DNA of 64,000 nt from Ascidiella aspersa. Taxonomy: Eukaryota. The translations under genes were made by a program, and so were the position numbers. The notes beneath the pieces are model-generated. The model was given only the letters and a program-made list of their open reading frames with translations. It did not search any database and was not told the origin of the DNA. Below, one piece after another: positions 48,171 through 62,900 of this stretch (positions are counted from its first letter, which is position 1; every line of letters starts with the position of its first letter). The stretch spans positions 27,714,001-27,778,000 of the forward strand of contig OZ004607.1 of NCBI GenBank assembly GCA_963924565.1. Direction: 5' to 3'.

Positions 48171-51100
48171 CCATTTAGACTGCCCTTGCTGACGGCACTT
48201 GTTGTGACGTAACAAAGCACTTTTGACGTCACTTAGAGCTGGGGGGTAAGTGGGGTGGAGCGGGGACGTTCTGCAAGAACAAGGAACAGTTGTTGTTGAA
48301 AACGATGTTTTTAGCATTTTTCACAGCATACAGTAAAATAGTTTAACTGAATATTTAAAAAAGGCGGTCCACACCTTCGCGCAACAAACAACAAGACCTG
48401 TTTGAAGAATGCGGCCGCGTCCAAAACTAGCATTAGCGCTGCTGTAACGTTTCAAAATAGCCCGACTAAAAGCGTTTCGATAAAGGCCGCGCAATTACCG
48501 TTGTTGTTTTAGCTAAAATACAAACTTCGCCTGCCTGAGTTTTCGCGCTAATCCCCCAGTTGAGCTGCGCAAAAGCAGTACACAGGGCAAGTGCCCTCGA
48601 GTTCGGTCACGGCCCAACGAATCTAGCGCAACACCGTCACGGCGTAATGTTGCGTTTGAAGGTCTTAACACGAACGCTGCGGTTAGGGCCCTGGATTCTA
48701 ATCAGGGTAGGGAGCAAGTCAAGTTTTTGTCGGCTTCCGGCGATGCCCGAGTCTTCGCTGATATCTTCATGTTGTGGTCGAAGCACGCTTGGCAGGGCGT
48801 ACGAATAACATAACTGCAGCTATCTGTCACAGTCAATCGCGCTGAACCGAAATTTAGACGCCTTACTTGTTAAGCGTCATAGAGAAACCAGGCGTTATGT
48901 TGTAATTTAGGGCAACACCTCGCCACATTCACAAAGAGCGACATGTGGCACCGTTTACCGTTCACAGTCGCTGTGTGCACAACGGTCGATTTTACGCGCT
49001 TGTAAGTGAAAAATAATTACATTAAGGATGCTATCGATCCAGTAGCGGGCTCTCGTGCTACAATCAGGATTGAATTTGTCGACCAATTGGTATAATTAGA
49101 GTCTGTGCAGCCTGGATTTCGCGTCAATATTTATCCCAGGGAACACGTCAACACATCCTCTCGGAGTATGAATCAATAACAAATATATTTCTCTTTTATC
49201 AAAAGGTAAAGCTCAACTGGTTTAAGTTGTACAGGCGCGTTTATTTTATTAAACAAATGACAAAGTGGGCTGCCAACAATAAAGCTGATACCGAAATGTT
49301 GCCAAGAAATATTTCACGGTAAAAGGGCGTTTAAAACAACTTTTTTGTAACCGCTAGGCCTCTGTCTTATCCCCTATTAAATTTTCCAGTGTATAGTTAA
49401 AGGTTTTTAATCGGAAATCAATTTCCAGTTCAAAAAGCGCTTTGACGTTCATGCGGAGACATTCTCATATAATTCGAGCGGTTTGCGATAGGTGCTGAAA
49501 GTTAACGAGCTGGCAGCTGGGGTTGTCCGTGGCTTTTTAATAGCAGCGCCCTAGTTCCGTGTGTAACCCGACTACGGACAGCCTTTGTAGATCGCTTTTC
49601 TGCGCAGCACCCCGGGGCAACCTAATATCCTGGCGCGAGATGGGCGTTCTCACTTGCCCTGGTATCGGCCACCGATCGAGGGATATTAGGTGGCGGCGCT
49701 AATGTTGAGTGGTCGGTGGCCATCGATCAAGTGTAGCTCGATGCGGTGTAACGAATCTGCGCGACGGGCGAGGGAAATCGAACTTGAACGACGTGCAATT
49801 ATTTGTTACTGAACGACCTAGGCCGCAAGTTGATTTAGACACACATCGACTGAGCTAGTTTTGCCACGTTTCATCATCTGAATGCTGTGTCGGTTATATT
49901 TTGTGCTTAAATATTCGCAACAATCTCTAAGCGCTTTATACGATAAAATCGCCATTCGAGTTGGAGTTTTTTTGGGCTAATTTTGGCACACACACTCATA
50001 TAAAAAGCCAAAGCTTACGTCTAAAAGTCTACAAGTCAACATCATAATCCGTCGAGACTTTGTACACTAGGCACGAATCGTTCGAGTTTAACGAATTAAA
50101 GGTCCGTTTGCTCGTAATTAATGGCGGAAATCAGCGCGCCGAAGCCGCACCTTCGCAAACGGCTTTCTTTAGAAAAGGAGAAATTTTGCGGCGATCGGAC
50201 GCGAATCCGACAGCCCATTCATCACGCACGTGCGCTAAAGACGCGAACCGCGAGAGCGCACCTGGACCGATCCGCCGCAAACGAGCACCTTCACTCAGGC
50301 GCTGAATGAGCGAGCGAAAGGACGGCGATTAGCCAGGCAAAATGAAAGGCGGAATTCCCGCCCCATGAATAAAGAACGAGGCGTTTGATTGGCGCAAAAC
50401 GTCACCGCGGGTTTCCGTCGGCACATAACGCGGCTGTTTATCCAGTTGAGAACAGGGCGCGGGTTTCTGCTGAAAAGCGAACCGACAAAGGAAAGTCAAA
50501 CACACATCGGAACGCGCGGTGACCGCAGCAATAACACGCAAACAGCGAGCGACCGGAAAAAAGGCTAACCAGACATCTGTAGCAGCATGAGCGAGCAACC
50601 GTCGCCGTGTTTACACCAAACTGCGGCGAACTTTTACTGGGCCCGTTGATCGTCGGGTGCGGTTACGCAAGTCGCAAACGAGCCGAGACTTAAAAGAGCA
50701 CTACACAAAGTTACAAGCCTAAATAGGTGCTGCCATGCATTCTGCCCTTGTCGTGACAAACCATGATAAATTACAGTCGACGACGGCTAGGCTTACACAA
50801 CAGCTCGGCGGTAAGACTTGAACGGAAAATACCTGAGCCAGCCTCTACCCTTTCTAACCGCGCCAGGTGCGTTTCAAGAACCGTTGCCAATTTTTCAGCA
50901 GCGGCAAAGCCATTACAGTCGTGGCCCGTCGTCCTCGCGATGCAAAAAACGCGAGAATAATCGCCTTCTCGCTGCCGGCTATCCAATTTTTTCACGCCTG
51001 GCGACTCGGAGGTCGTGCCCATAACACCTGCGCCGCGTCAAACTTTATTGCGACAGCAGCGCGCCAGCTTTATTTATACTGGGCCCGGTTAGATGGATGG

Positions 51101-53926
51101 CCGCCAACTGGCGCTGGCATCTAAACGCCCGCCAGGCGCGAACGGCGAGAACGAATTAAAAGGCGACGAAAGCCGACGTAGCGGTCGAAAGTTCGCGTTT
51201 TAATCCTTGAAATGTTAACCAGGTGTTCTTGTGCGGGCTGAAATAGGAACCATGTCCGCGCCTGGAAATTTCACACCAGGGCAAATGGCTTCCTTAGTCT
51301 TACAAAAACGAGACTCTATCCTACTTCGCGCAATTGAAATGTAAAGGCACCACTAGCATTTACTTTACCCTAAAACCTGAATTTAACGTTTGTTTCAACA
51401 CAAGAACGCATATTAGCTTCTTTCGTAAAGGTTGCTGGAATGGTGTTACCCTCCCATTGTCCGAACCCCAAAAGCGTTGAATACTGAGGAGATGCGCCTG
51501 CGGTACCAGCGCTGGAGGTGGAAGCAAATGCGCCGCGCTCAGATCGTGAATGTTGCGGCGCAGAATTACGGCCAATTCTGTGTTGAATGTCAACACGCGA
51601 GGGCGGTGACATCAAAACGCGCCTGTCCTGTTGACGCAGCTGGCGAGAGGGCGAAGTTTCAGTGGCGGGCGGCCAGAATTCGATCCGCAATATGGCTTAT
51701 TTCGGCGATTATCTCGCGCAGGAAAAACGAGAGGCACACCAGCAGAGCGCCTTGAAGAGGTTAGACGGTCGGATAGCGGAGCGTGAAATAAGCGGGTGGG
51801 ATCCGGGGAGAACGAAATTAGTAGGCGGCGAAAGGCGAGTGCATTGTCGTCGGGGACAGTTAATGGAAGATGACCTATCGCGAGCGTTAATAGAGCTGGA
51901 GATGCCGAGGTGTCAGAAAGCAACAGAGCGACCGAGATCTTATCGGCCGCGACGCGGAGCAAGCCAAAACGCGCCCAGGGGCCTGGGCGAGTGCCACTTT
52001 TGGAAGGTCAAGTTGTCAATTTCGAAAAGTGCACGCGCCCCGGTTTTCAGCACCCTTTGCGCGACAAGCAGGAAATAAATTGTCACCCGAAAACATTTAA
52101 AAAATTAACAAGGGTCGCGAGAGGGTTCTCATCAATTTTACGTTCACCATTCATAGAAATTGTATTTATTTAGATATGTAGAAATTGTTATTTAACGTAA
52201 CAAATCTTTATGAGGCACACTTTAAATCAAAAATAAATCATACAACGTAATTTATTTTAGTTTATAACTAATTCTGATGACTGATAATAAATTAGGAGGC
52301 TCACTGGAAAAGCGTTAACAAGCGTATGTTGCGTAAAAAGGGAGCAAATCAATTTACCGAGTGACGATTGCGCGTTATTCCGGGAAGGTCGCTCCATCCC
52401 CACAGCGGCGGCCAACTTTAGCAGCTCGCCACACCGGTGACTGTTCTAAGCTGGCTGTGCCGGCCGCAACACATGTCAGCACACGGAGACAGCGTGTTCA
52501 GCAACACACACACAACACACTCGCATGAATTTAGCAATACATTGGAGCGATGTGTCGACAAGGGGCCGCCGCTACTGGATCCGTGTGAGCGTCGGAAACC
52601 ACGCGCGCTACACAGACGCGCTACTAACCACACGTAACCGGGCCCAAGGGACTCGCGGCAGCAAATTGACTTACGCCCGACATACAAGGGCGTTTCATCT
52701 TTTCTTCCGGGGACCCTGTTCGCTACTAACTGAAACCGCCGCGGCGCGACCTTCATGCCGTACAGCTGTACGAGATCTAATAATAATGAAGCTCGCCCAC
52801 GCGGCGGGAACAGGCCAGGGGAGTCCGCGCTATAGTTCGCGCTCGCTTTACAGACTTCAAACGGGGAGGCGCGGTTTAATTTAGAGGACAGGCGATACAT
52901 TCGTCGCATTACAGGAATTGAATTCTACTCGCGAAACGCTTTGATATTTTTGTTAATAAAAAACGCCGATCGAATCGAACTGAAGCGCGGTCGCGCGAAA
53001 AATCCGTATAACAACATAACTGAAAATGCCCGCTCGGTCACTGGATGGATGAGCAGCGTTACAACAAGGCAACAACACTTCTCGCGTTTCGCATTCCGGC
53101 GCAATACAACAAAGGGCGTCCGTTGTTTGGCGCATTTGCAGCTGCAAGAGCAAACAAGTCGATTCGCAACTGGACAGCTCGACACAGCAGAGGTGTCCGC
53201 TAATGCGCGCAAGCTTATTAATCTCAATTGCGCGCGGAAGGGAAACATGCTTGTTGTTGGGGCGCGGAGCCGGCGAGGGTTACAAACGAAGGTAACCGAA
53301 TACCCGTGGACCCGAGCTTCGGCAACGCAGCGACGGCCAAGGCACAGAGGACGGGCTTTTTGGCTCCCGGTGTGCGATACCCCTTGCAGGTGCGCGCCGC
53401 TCTCTGCTTATTGTGGCTGGAAATTCTGGCGGCGTCAAGTAATCGCGCTTTTGAGCTGTTATTGGGGGCAATAGCTGTTTACGGTCGAATTAGGTTGCGT
53501 TCGCGCCGCGATTTCCAATTGCCAATTTAGGTCAATTTTTATGGCGAAAATTTATTGGCCAGGTCATTTTAAAGCGACAATTTTACATAAAATCTGTTAT
53601 CGGCCTTTTTTGTTTTGGACAAAACATACCGAAACGCCCTATGTGAATCCGTGAATTAATACCCAAAACAACTTGTCCGAAGAAAAAAAAGTGTAACACA
53701 AGCGGGCAAGCGAATACCGTTTCGCGACCCCAAATCCCCCGCGCCCAACCCTAGTCCTTGCGTTTCGTGTCGCAAAATACTTGCCTTCCATTTCGGCGTG
53801 ACGGTGCGAGTGAAAAAGAGCAAGGGGGTAAGGTAAGGCGGACGGGCACTCCAGGTTGCATCGCCAGGCTTGTGCCAGTGACGACGGTCAAAGTCAAAAC
53901 AGCGCCGCATTCCGCGCCCCGACCAC

Positions 53927-53941
53927 CTTATATAGGCGCGC
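53927..53941 (-). promoter_or_regulatory. Candidate RGM core promoter: BREu plus TATA box
   Basis: Minus strand GCGCGCC-TATATAAG matches SSRCGCC directly followed by TATAWAWR, and points toward RGM. Confidence 0.45.
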
Positions 53942-56900
53942 GTGTCGCAAGCGATGCACTTTAAGGCGGCCAAACACTCGTAACTCATTTGTCACTTTTT
54001 AGTGTGTTGCTTTGTTGTTTTTTACATCACACCACGTGCTGTTAATCCCTTTTTGGGCCTTAAAAAGGCATTTCCCGTAAATAGAGGCGATATACGCATG
54101 GTCCGAGTGGCCCATATAATGAAATGGTGTTAAACTTCTTTAATGCTAAATAGCAATTTAATTCCGTTTAAAGTGAGCAAGTCAGCCATTTCGCGTAAAA
54201 TAAACACGACGCAGTTAGTAGCAGATCGAAAAGGACACAGAAATCCAATCCCGTTGTTTTGTATGGCGTTAATGAAAGGCCCTTATCGGCTCTGGTTACC
54301 ACCAGTTAAGTGATCATAGAAACCATCACAGACGAAATCAAACGTTTCTCCCGAGAAATGGCCAATCGTCGCGCAATCGAATTGAAACTAGTTTACTATC
54401 TAAAATAATTTGGACGACCGAGTGTTTTGCCATAAGTTGCTAAGTTAGTCTTTATAATAAAAAGCAATACGGGCGATAATTGCAGTTATTAACCTTTTCG
54501 TAAACACTTCGGTTGTTGGATAAGTCATTTGCTTAAACTTAAAAACAACAATACACGTTTGTTGCACCACAATCGCGCAGTCAGTCATTCACGTTCGGTT
54601 CTTATTCCGAGTCACAAATATGCCGTAGAGTCGCACTCCCGTACGTTCCAGCGAAAGAACCGCAGCTAAAAGCGCATAACATCATCCTGCATATCTGGCA
54701 GATCTAGCGCTCGATGACAACTGCCGGCAGCGCAGCAACGCGTTCGAGTTGGGCCCACATCAATTAGTCTCAAAATGGACGACCTGAGTAATCATGCAAG
54801 GCGACGCGCTACTGGCTGAGCCAACTTTAGCCTTTTAACACGTCTAGCAGCGCTTCGCAAAGTCTACGCCGAACGAGGTGACGGTAAATGAGGTAAAATA
54901 TTCATTTTATACATATGAGCGCACTACAGCTTTCCGTGTAAGAAATCCACTGCACTATAGCTGTATAGCTTATACTGCTATGATACCGCCCTTGATCGTC
55001 GCCATGTAAGCCGCGCGTTTTAGGATTTTCCAGGCTTACCGTTTATTGTTCGCGGTGTAAGTTTCGTGGGTCGACGCATTCCTTCTGACTTTCCTTGACG
55101 AAAACGTGGCTATTTGCCGGAGTGTTCTCTGGCGCGGAAAATGACGTGATTAAGTGGCCTGCTTCTCTTTGTGACCCCCGTTCGTCCCGCTTCTCGAATC
55201 TCCGTCACTCGCTGGCCTTCTTATTGTCAAGGTGTCTTTGAAGTCGGGGCCCGGTTGCACTCTTATATTGTGCACGGCAACAACGTGGGATCGAGGAGGG
55301 CAAACCAAGTGGCTTCAGCCGATGAGAGGCAACAGTAGCCTTGTGTTCACATGCAACAGTCAACGTCGCCTTTTTTACATTATATTACGATATTGTTTTC
55401 GCTGTTGACTGTTGAGAAGTCGAATAACACATGAACTGGTTAAAAGCTGAACTAAATTGAGTTGTCCTACACAAATACTAAGCTATACAATCACCTGCAA
55501 CTTATTTCTATTATGAATTTAACTGATTTGTGTTCAATGTCAGTCGCTACGAAACGTCGGCCGGATTTTGTTCACCATATTCCCGCAGAACAAAATTGGC
55601 TTTCGAGTTTTGTTAACTGTTAAGGCAGCCGTCTTTTGACATCACAGTGCATACTATATCTTGCAGCAAGGCTTCGGTTCTACCAAACAGCTACATCTGG
55701 CTTAAAATAACAACCAAGTCTGTGCGTTGCCTGGTTTTGACTGGAAAGGGAGGGCGAAAAAGCTGGCAACACGTTTCTCGCCTGCTGATCTGGGTCGTTA
55801 GTTACAGCTGCTGTACACAACCGCCGTTCAAATTTGAATTTACGGAACGTTAGGCGCTAATTATACGTACTTGCCTGACCGTACACAATTAAAGGAGCCC
55901 CACTGAATTTGACTAACTAAAATTTAATTTTACGATTTAAGACCTCAATGGTTGACTGACAACAACAGGACCGAATGTCACGTTAACGTCGTTCCTAACC
56001 GCGATTGAAATTTACCTGAACTGAATCTGGTATACAGCAGCAGTTATCTTAAATATATCACAGCTTGACTGAAAATTTTACTGCCTACCGGTAGCATTAT
56101 AACAAAAATGCCCCAAAACAACTTTAACCGGCGACTCCAAACAACTGAACATCCCGTCACCTGCAAAAACTTATCGTTTCTCGTCAGTACTTTTTCTCTT
56201 TTCTCTCGCGCGTCACAAAACGAGGGTCGCGTACGATTCTTTCGGCGCTGCTTTTCGCCAGCGCTCGTTTCTCTTTAAGACTGTGAGCGCTCGAGTCGAT
56301 AAAGCGAGAGAGAGAGAGCACGAGAAAGAAGCGGCCGCGCGTTTTTTTGCAGAGCAACGGCGGTAAAGAGCCCTCGACGGAATTGGGGCGCTTCGAGCGA
56401 GCGGGGCAAACACAATACCGTGGTGCACCTGAAGCGGTGCGGCCAGCGGGCGCTGGGCTCTTGTTTACTTTCGATACGTATGTATCTCTCACCATCTTGA
56501 GAGGGATTAGGTCCGCGAAACTGGTCGGCCAGTGCATCTTGTTTGAACAGGGCCTTTTTGCCCGGCCGGTCACTCTCCTTAATCGACGTTAACGACGGCC
56601 ATCAACATCATCGTCGCCATTATGCGCGTTGATGACCACTCCTTAATAATACCTTTGCTCTTCAATTGTGATTATCAACAAAGTTCGAGTCGAATTTTAC
56701 TTAAAGCGCACAAGTAAGGGTAAAATCAATTTGAAATCCCATATATTGCTCGGTTCAGCTGGATAAAAAGGGGAATTTATAAAAAAAGCCAATTTAATCA
56801 CCTCTAAGCAGGCAATATAAATGAGGGCAAGGGCAAAATAAACGCCGAACCCTGCCGACGAACAAAGACTCATTAGTAACCGGATCCCCAAACTTGTTTA

Positions 56901-59900
56901 AACTGCCAAGCCAAGGCGAGATTAAGATTAACGTCTTTTGGTTCGCTTGTGTAAACGTTCACCCGAGCAAAGACCCCAGTTGAAATTGGACCAAAACAAA
57001 GGGTGGCGTCTTAAATAAATTTGTTTACGCGCAATTTTCTCCTTCCTCATTTTGACACCACGTGTAAATCCTGCTGATCGTTTAGTCAGAAAATGGCGAG
57101 TAATTGAAAAGTGATAATTTTTTAAAGGGAACCCTGACAGAGTCGACTTAAAACTAAACACCGGTTTAAACAATAAATACTGACCAAGATGTGAGTGTTA
57201 TTTCGAATAATGCAGCAAGGTTGTTTATCTTTAAAAAACGGCCTTACCTTTACTCACTGACATTTTACTCTTAACTCATATAAATATATTTAATTAAAAC
57301 CAACACTCTTATTATTTGAAAAAGTAAACAACGAAGGCGGCCAGGTTTTTCACGCAAAGCCAAATGTTGACTTCCCCGTAAGTCAAACGTGAAGAACGGA
57401 CCGTAGCGAGGCCGCAAGCACACAAAACACACGCGGCATCTTCAGCCTGTTGACTTAACACCCTATAGCGCGGGCCCGGCTGTGCGACCCACCGGTACAA
57501 TAACAACCCGGACAGTCCCAATGACAACAAGCAATTGCCCCCTATCCCCGCTCCGCAAATCAAGCCGAACGTTTTTCATCGGACACAATTAGAAGGATTA
57601 CTTTCGGGGTCGCCGATTCATTCAAGGCGCTGCCGCCTAAACGAGGCGCACACATACGCTCAAAAGCCCGATCCTCTCTCCGGCCGTATACCCCGGTAAA
57701 GTCTGATTAAACCAATCCACTGCCAATATTTATTCACCTGGCCCGGCGCTGCTGGCTCAGTTCATCACGAAAAGGCGAATTCTGTTGAGCGACGATCGAT
57801 AAGGCTTAATGCGCCGCTTGTCGTTGCCGGGTTGTGTTGGGTTAGTTTTATTACGGATTGATCCAAATTACGTATCCGTTCTAGCTTTTCCGCCCAAAGC
57901 CCTTTTCAAGCGGCGATATTGGGATTTAAGGTTTACGTGTAAATCAGGCGTTTCGGAGATTTATCGTTTTAGCATTATTTGACAAAGGAAAATTTAACGT
58001 CCTTTTTATTGGTTGTCGATTAAGGCCGGCCATATATGACTTCCTGTATAAATTCGTTTATTTCGTCCTCAATCGACTGGTTAAGTACTTCCGGAATGAA
58101 ATTCTTAGACCGCAGCGTTCAACACAATTAGTAATTAAAATAGATTTGCCCTGAAAAATCTCATAGTTAAATATACACTATTAATACCAAGTTAGTAATC
58201 ATAACTTCCTTTTAGGATGATAAAGCACTACTTGTTTAACAGCAGCTTGACACAAATCATTAAGGTGTCGTTTTGCGTGCCAAGTCATTGAACTTTCCAT
58301 TCCAGGCGAATTATCACGACAAATTTTATCCCTGAGGCACTTTCACCGTAAAAATTCATCATGTTTGTTTTCCGACATGTTGAGAAACAGAGAGTCGCAG
58401 TGCAACAGCTGGATAGCCTTCCGTAACTCACTTGCCATAAACGCTAATGGACGATCTCAATGGTAAAATCGTTAATCCAATAAACGACAGTCTTTCAGAT
58501 CAAGGGATTCCGAGTTTGCCATAAAAAGCTTTTTCAAAAGGCGGTTTTACAGCTTATTTTAACAGTAAAACATTTATTAGCGTTGCTTCTACTTAAACTG
58601 TATGCAGACCTTTATCGGAAGATGTTCGCTACCAAACATTTACTCTCACCATTGGAAATGGAACCTAATGAACGCACGAATAAAAGGAACCACAAAATAA
58701 AATCCGGGAAACGTTATTCACTTTGTGTCACGCTGCTTTTATCTAGCTTCAATTAAAGCGTTTTAAACATGCGGTGTACGAATTCAAAGGTATTAGATGG
58801 AAATATTACACTTGTATATGAAAGTATGTTTAAAGATCAGTTAATTACCTGTTTGGTATCCTTGTTCCTTTTTCCATGTTTTCAATGGCGATGGATTGCA
58901 TCTTCAAAATAATCCACAGTGTCTCAGAGCAATGGCATTTTAGAGAAATTATTTCTATTTACGGAAAGGCGTATTATCTCCTGTAAAATCAATTGTAAAA
59001 TATCGGTTTGAAATATTCCTGTTTCCTGTAACTCCTAACGGAGACAGGTATATCGTTTAATATTCCACCTTTAGATGCACAAGCACAAACCGAATTAATT
59101 AGGCCAAACAGCATGAAATACAATACAAGGAACACATAGACGCTGGTTCCATAATTTTAATGAAACGAGCTACTGTCTTGGTTAGTCGCCTGGCTATCAA
59201 TTAGCACTGAAATGTTAAATCCGTTTGCGTAATTATTCGCGTGGCGAGCGCGCATAACGCACAAACCGACTGAAGCGGGTATCGATGGCCAGAATAGACA
59301 ATCTTCCGCACGGTCAGAAGAACTACTAGCTTCAACCAAGTATACGGCCGCTCACAGCTGGGAATAAATCGTTCAAGTCACGCGGCGCTTGGCGCAGGTG
59401 TTTCCAGCGTTGATCCTTTAATTAAAACTGGCGCCCCGGCCAGCCTGGACCGTGCGTCGCACCAGCAAGGCACGTATGGTTATTGTGATTCGCGTTTGCC
59501 CAACTCGCCTGGATCTGTTTGCCGGCACGCGCGCGAATTAATGCTGTCAGCCGTGCTACGTGCCTCGAGTGCGATTTTCTCAGTTATATATCTGCATGGC
59601 AGTTGATTTCGGCCCAGGTTTAATTGCGCGGCCGACAAAAATGCGACCGAACGTATAAAGTTAATTAAAGTTAACGGGTTCTAAGAACGTTTGCTGAGGC
59701 CTCTCCTGCAATTATTCTTTCTTTTTATTAGTAAAATTAATTTAATTTCTTTTGCAAGACGTCAGTACTAAGAAGCGGTAAACGTTATTTTTAAGTGGTT
59801 TCGGCTTACCTAAAAGAGAGAAACAAAACCATTGCAAGATGGCGGTTAAAATCGCAATTTAAATGTTTTATATACGAAACGTTATCTATCATTTTAACCA

Positions 59901-62900
59901 TGGATATGCTAATCGATATAGAAATAATACCAAATCATATTCAAAATAATATTGGCCATGGATATTTCCAGTCATACTGATAGATGTAAGGCATCTGTGT
60001 AATTGATTATTGTTAACCTTTTTAGGGGACCTGTGTAAATGTTTCTATTTAACATTTTTTTATTTTTCTTATATCTAACACGGCATTCCTCTAGGCCGTG
60101 ACGTCACGTGCGTGGGAATCAAGTTGAAGCGGGGCACTTGTGAATTTTATAAAGTGCTGGGTGTTAGGAAGCTCCTTTGTTGAGACAATGGACCGGGCGC
60201 TTTGCAAACAAGTGGCGGGACAAAGCTCGCAGCGGAAAACCGACCGGCCAACAAATTACGATCGGACGAGCGGACGAGCGGCAATAAAAGTGGCCAGTGA
60301 TTCGGGCGAATGTGTGAAAATTTCAAGTGCGCCCCTTACCCAAACAATTCATCCCCGACGCATTTGATTCCCAGCTGGGGAGACTTGCCCAGCTGGCGTG
60401 TTGATTACGACTGGTTGAACAATGGTGACTGATAAGTCTGGCTGTGATTGGCAAACGACGAACGGTCGCGCATTTTAACTGGGAAGGTTTTTTGTTACAA
60501 CAAGAAATAAATCGTCTTGGCACATATTGAAATTTTGCGCTAGTTGACTTCAGGAATTTAATTTTAAAAGATTTGAATGTTTGCGATGAACAGGTTATCA
60601 CCAGTGTGGTGCAATTGCCAAAGATGATGGTAATCAAAGGTTTAAACAGGGGATGACGCACGTTTTAAAATTGACGTCATAACAAATTGCGAAAGAACCA
60701 AATTTATTTCAATATGTAAGATGTGCCAATGGGAAAAGGATTCGCACGATGTTCATGTCACACGCTGTTATTGGAATGAAGTCTATTTCGCCATCATTCA
60801 ACGCAGTTGATTTTCTCCAAAGAAATCGCTGTGTAAGTAAACGTACATGATCACAACTAAGCTTAATCAAATGCCGCAGCTGTGTGTATCCGACGCGCGA
60901 GATCCTATCTCCCGACATTGCGGACGTAGAATTAATTGCAAAAGGGTGTAGTTTCTCCATCTGTTTAAACAGCTATGTGTAATATGTCGTGTAAAGGAAA
61001 TTCAGGCGAATACGATATGCGTCACGAATTCGGAAAATATAGGTCCACCAACTATCCGGAAAATGAATGTTTACACGTATTAGGACAAAATTGCCTATTC
61101 GAAATCAATTTTTTATATTTACAAAATATTCTTTTTTCAACAATTGAGGAAAAGAAGGTACCGATTTATCTTTTGTTGTAAAAACAAATAAAGTTTAATT
61201 TTTGTTTATGATAACAAAAATTGAAAAAAGCACTGCCCTGTATTGCTTCGGGCGGATCGCATATCAACATCAAATTAGTTTTATAGCAAATAATTTAACA
61301 TGTCTTCTAAAACCATATATTTTTACACAAAACTTAAGACAACTTAGACACATTAAATTACGTAGGGTTAATAACTGTTTTCATGTTAGTTGTGTATTCC
61401 TAATAAAAAATATCGGCATGAAACCACAAAACAAACTCAGTGTGCCACATGTGGTCCAGTTAATTGTGATAGACAAATCGACAATAACGAACAAAACTCA
61501 ACAGCAAAACAGAATTGCCTTTACAATATATCTACGCGATGGTCGGTTTTAATCACAATGCCATCAGCAGGTCTTATTTTTGCCAACTCTTTCTGTGGTA
61601 CGGCCCATCTTCCGCAACAAGACGAAATGAAATGCGACGATTGATGATACTTACTAACGACGATTTTCATGGAAAATCGACAAAACATGAAAACAATGCG
61701 CAGATGCGGCCCAGGAATGTTGTTGTTACAAGCCCTTTCATAAGATTGGCCAATACCAGCGATTCGGAAATGATTTAAATGTATTGTGCTTCCGTATTTT
61801 AAAGTATAAAAGAAATAGTGATAGAATCTACACATCACGTCTGTAAATTTTTTATCTTCTTGGTTTGCGAAAACGCGCTGGTCTAGAATTCTACCACACA
61901 CTCAAATAATTATCACATCAACGCGCATTAATTAGGGTAGGGTGCTGGTTAAACGTTTGGGTTCGGGTAGGTCAAGTATTATTAAATTTATTATCCCAGT
62001 TGCAATTTTAATTTTGACAAATGGTTTCGTTACTGTACCTAAAACAAGTGGTAGGATCTTAGATAAGTGCAGTTTTCGCTAATCAAGAAAAAACTTTACA
62101 ATGCGATGTTAAGTGGCCACAGCAAGACGATACACAAAACAGTGGGCGATATGTAACAGCAGCAAAAACTTGTGCACAGCGTCCAATTCTTGATAAGCTG
62201 TCAACCTGTTCACTAGAATAAGGCAGGAGAATCGTACTGAAATCCGATCGTTGTTTCCAATTTAAGGTATGATAAAACCGTAGGCGTGTAGGATAGTCAT
62301 TTAACGAGCGCTCGGACTAAGACGACCAGGCAAATATTTTGCCAGCTGTCGTGCACCCCGGACAAAAATCAAACGGCAAACTTCAACCCCACTCATAACC
62401 ACTGTGCTCACCACAATGGCGTCGACGCACAGAGGGGTGATTTTGTTATTTTGACTCGGACGATAATAGGGCAAAAGAAGATAATTTTGTGGCTACAGGT
62501 GCGCGGATCAGGCTTAATTTCGCGGCACGCCCGGGCCGGGTAATATTGTATTTCGCCGGATGGCCTGTTTATTGAACGCTTTCCTTGTGACGCGCGAGCA
62601 GTTGCAAATTGCTTGCAAATTGCAACAAGGCCCTTCGCGGTATTTGGATAGCTCGCGACACCTGCGCCGTAACTGCGAAGCTTATGCCTTAACAAAATAC
62701 CAGCGACTTATGCGGCACTTGATATTTTCTTTCGCACCTCGATTGGTCGGATCTGAACCTTCATTATAACGCCCACTAAAATATCGCACCAGCGTGCTTA
62801 CTTAAACTGTAATTTTAATCCTAAACTTCAATTTAGCTCCGCATTGCTAACAACTCTAACGTGGTCAAACCAATATCACTGTTTAATAAGAACTCGCCTG

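Noticed and set aside
53926-53936. CArG box
   Set aside because: CC and GG are separated by seven A/T bases, not six; better read as a TATA box.
61932-61972. Telomere-like ttaggg/gggt variants (also cctaatcctaacc at ~39458)
   Set aside because: Too short and degenerate to call an interstitial telomeric repeat.
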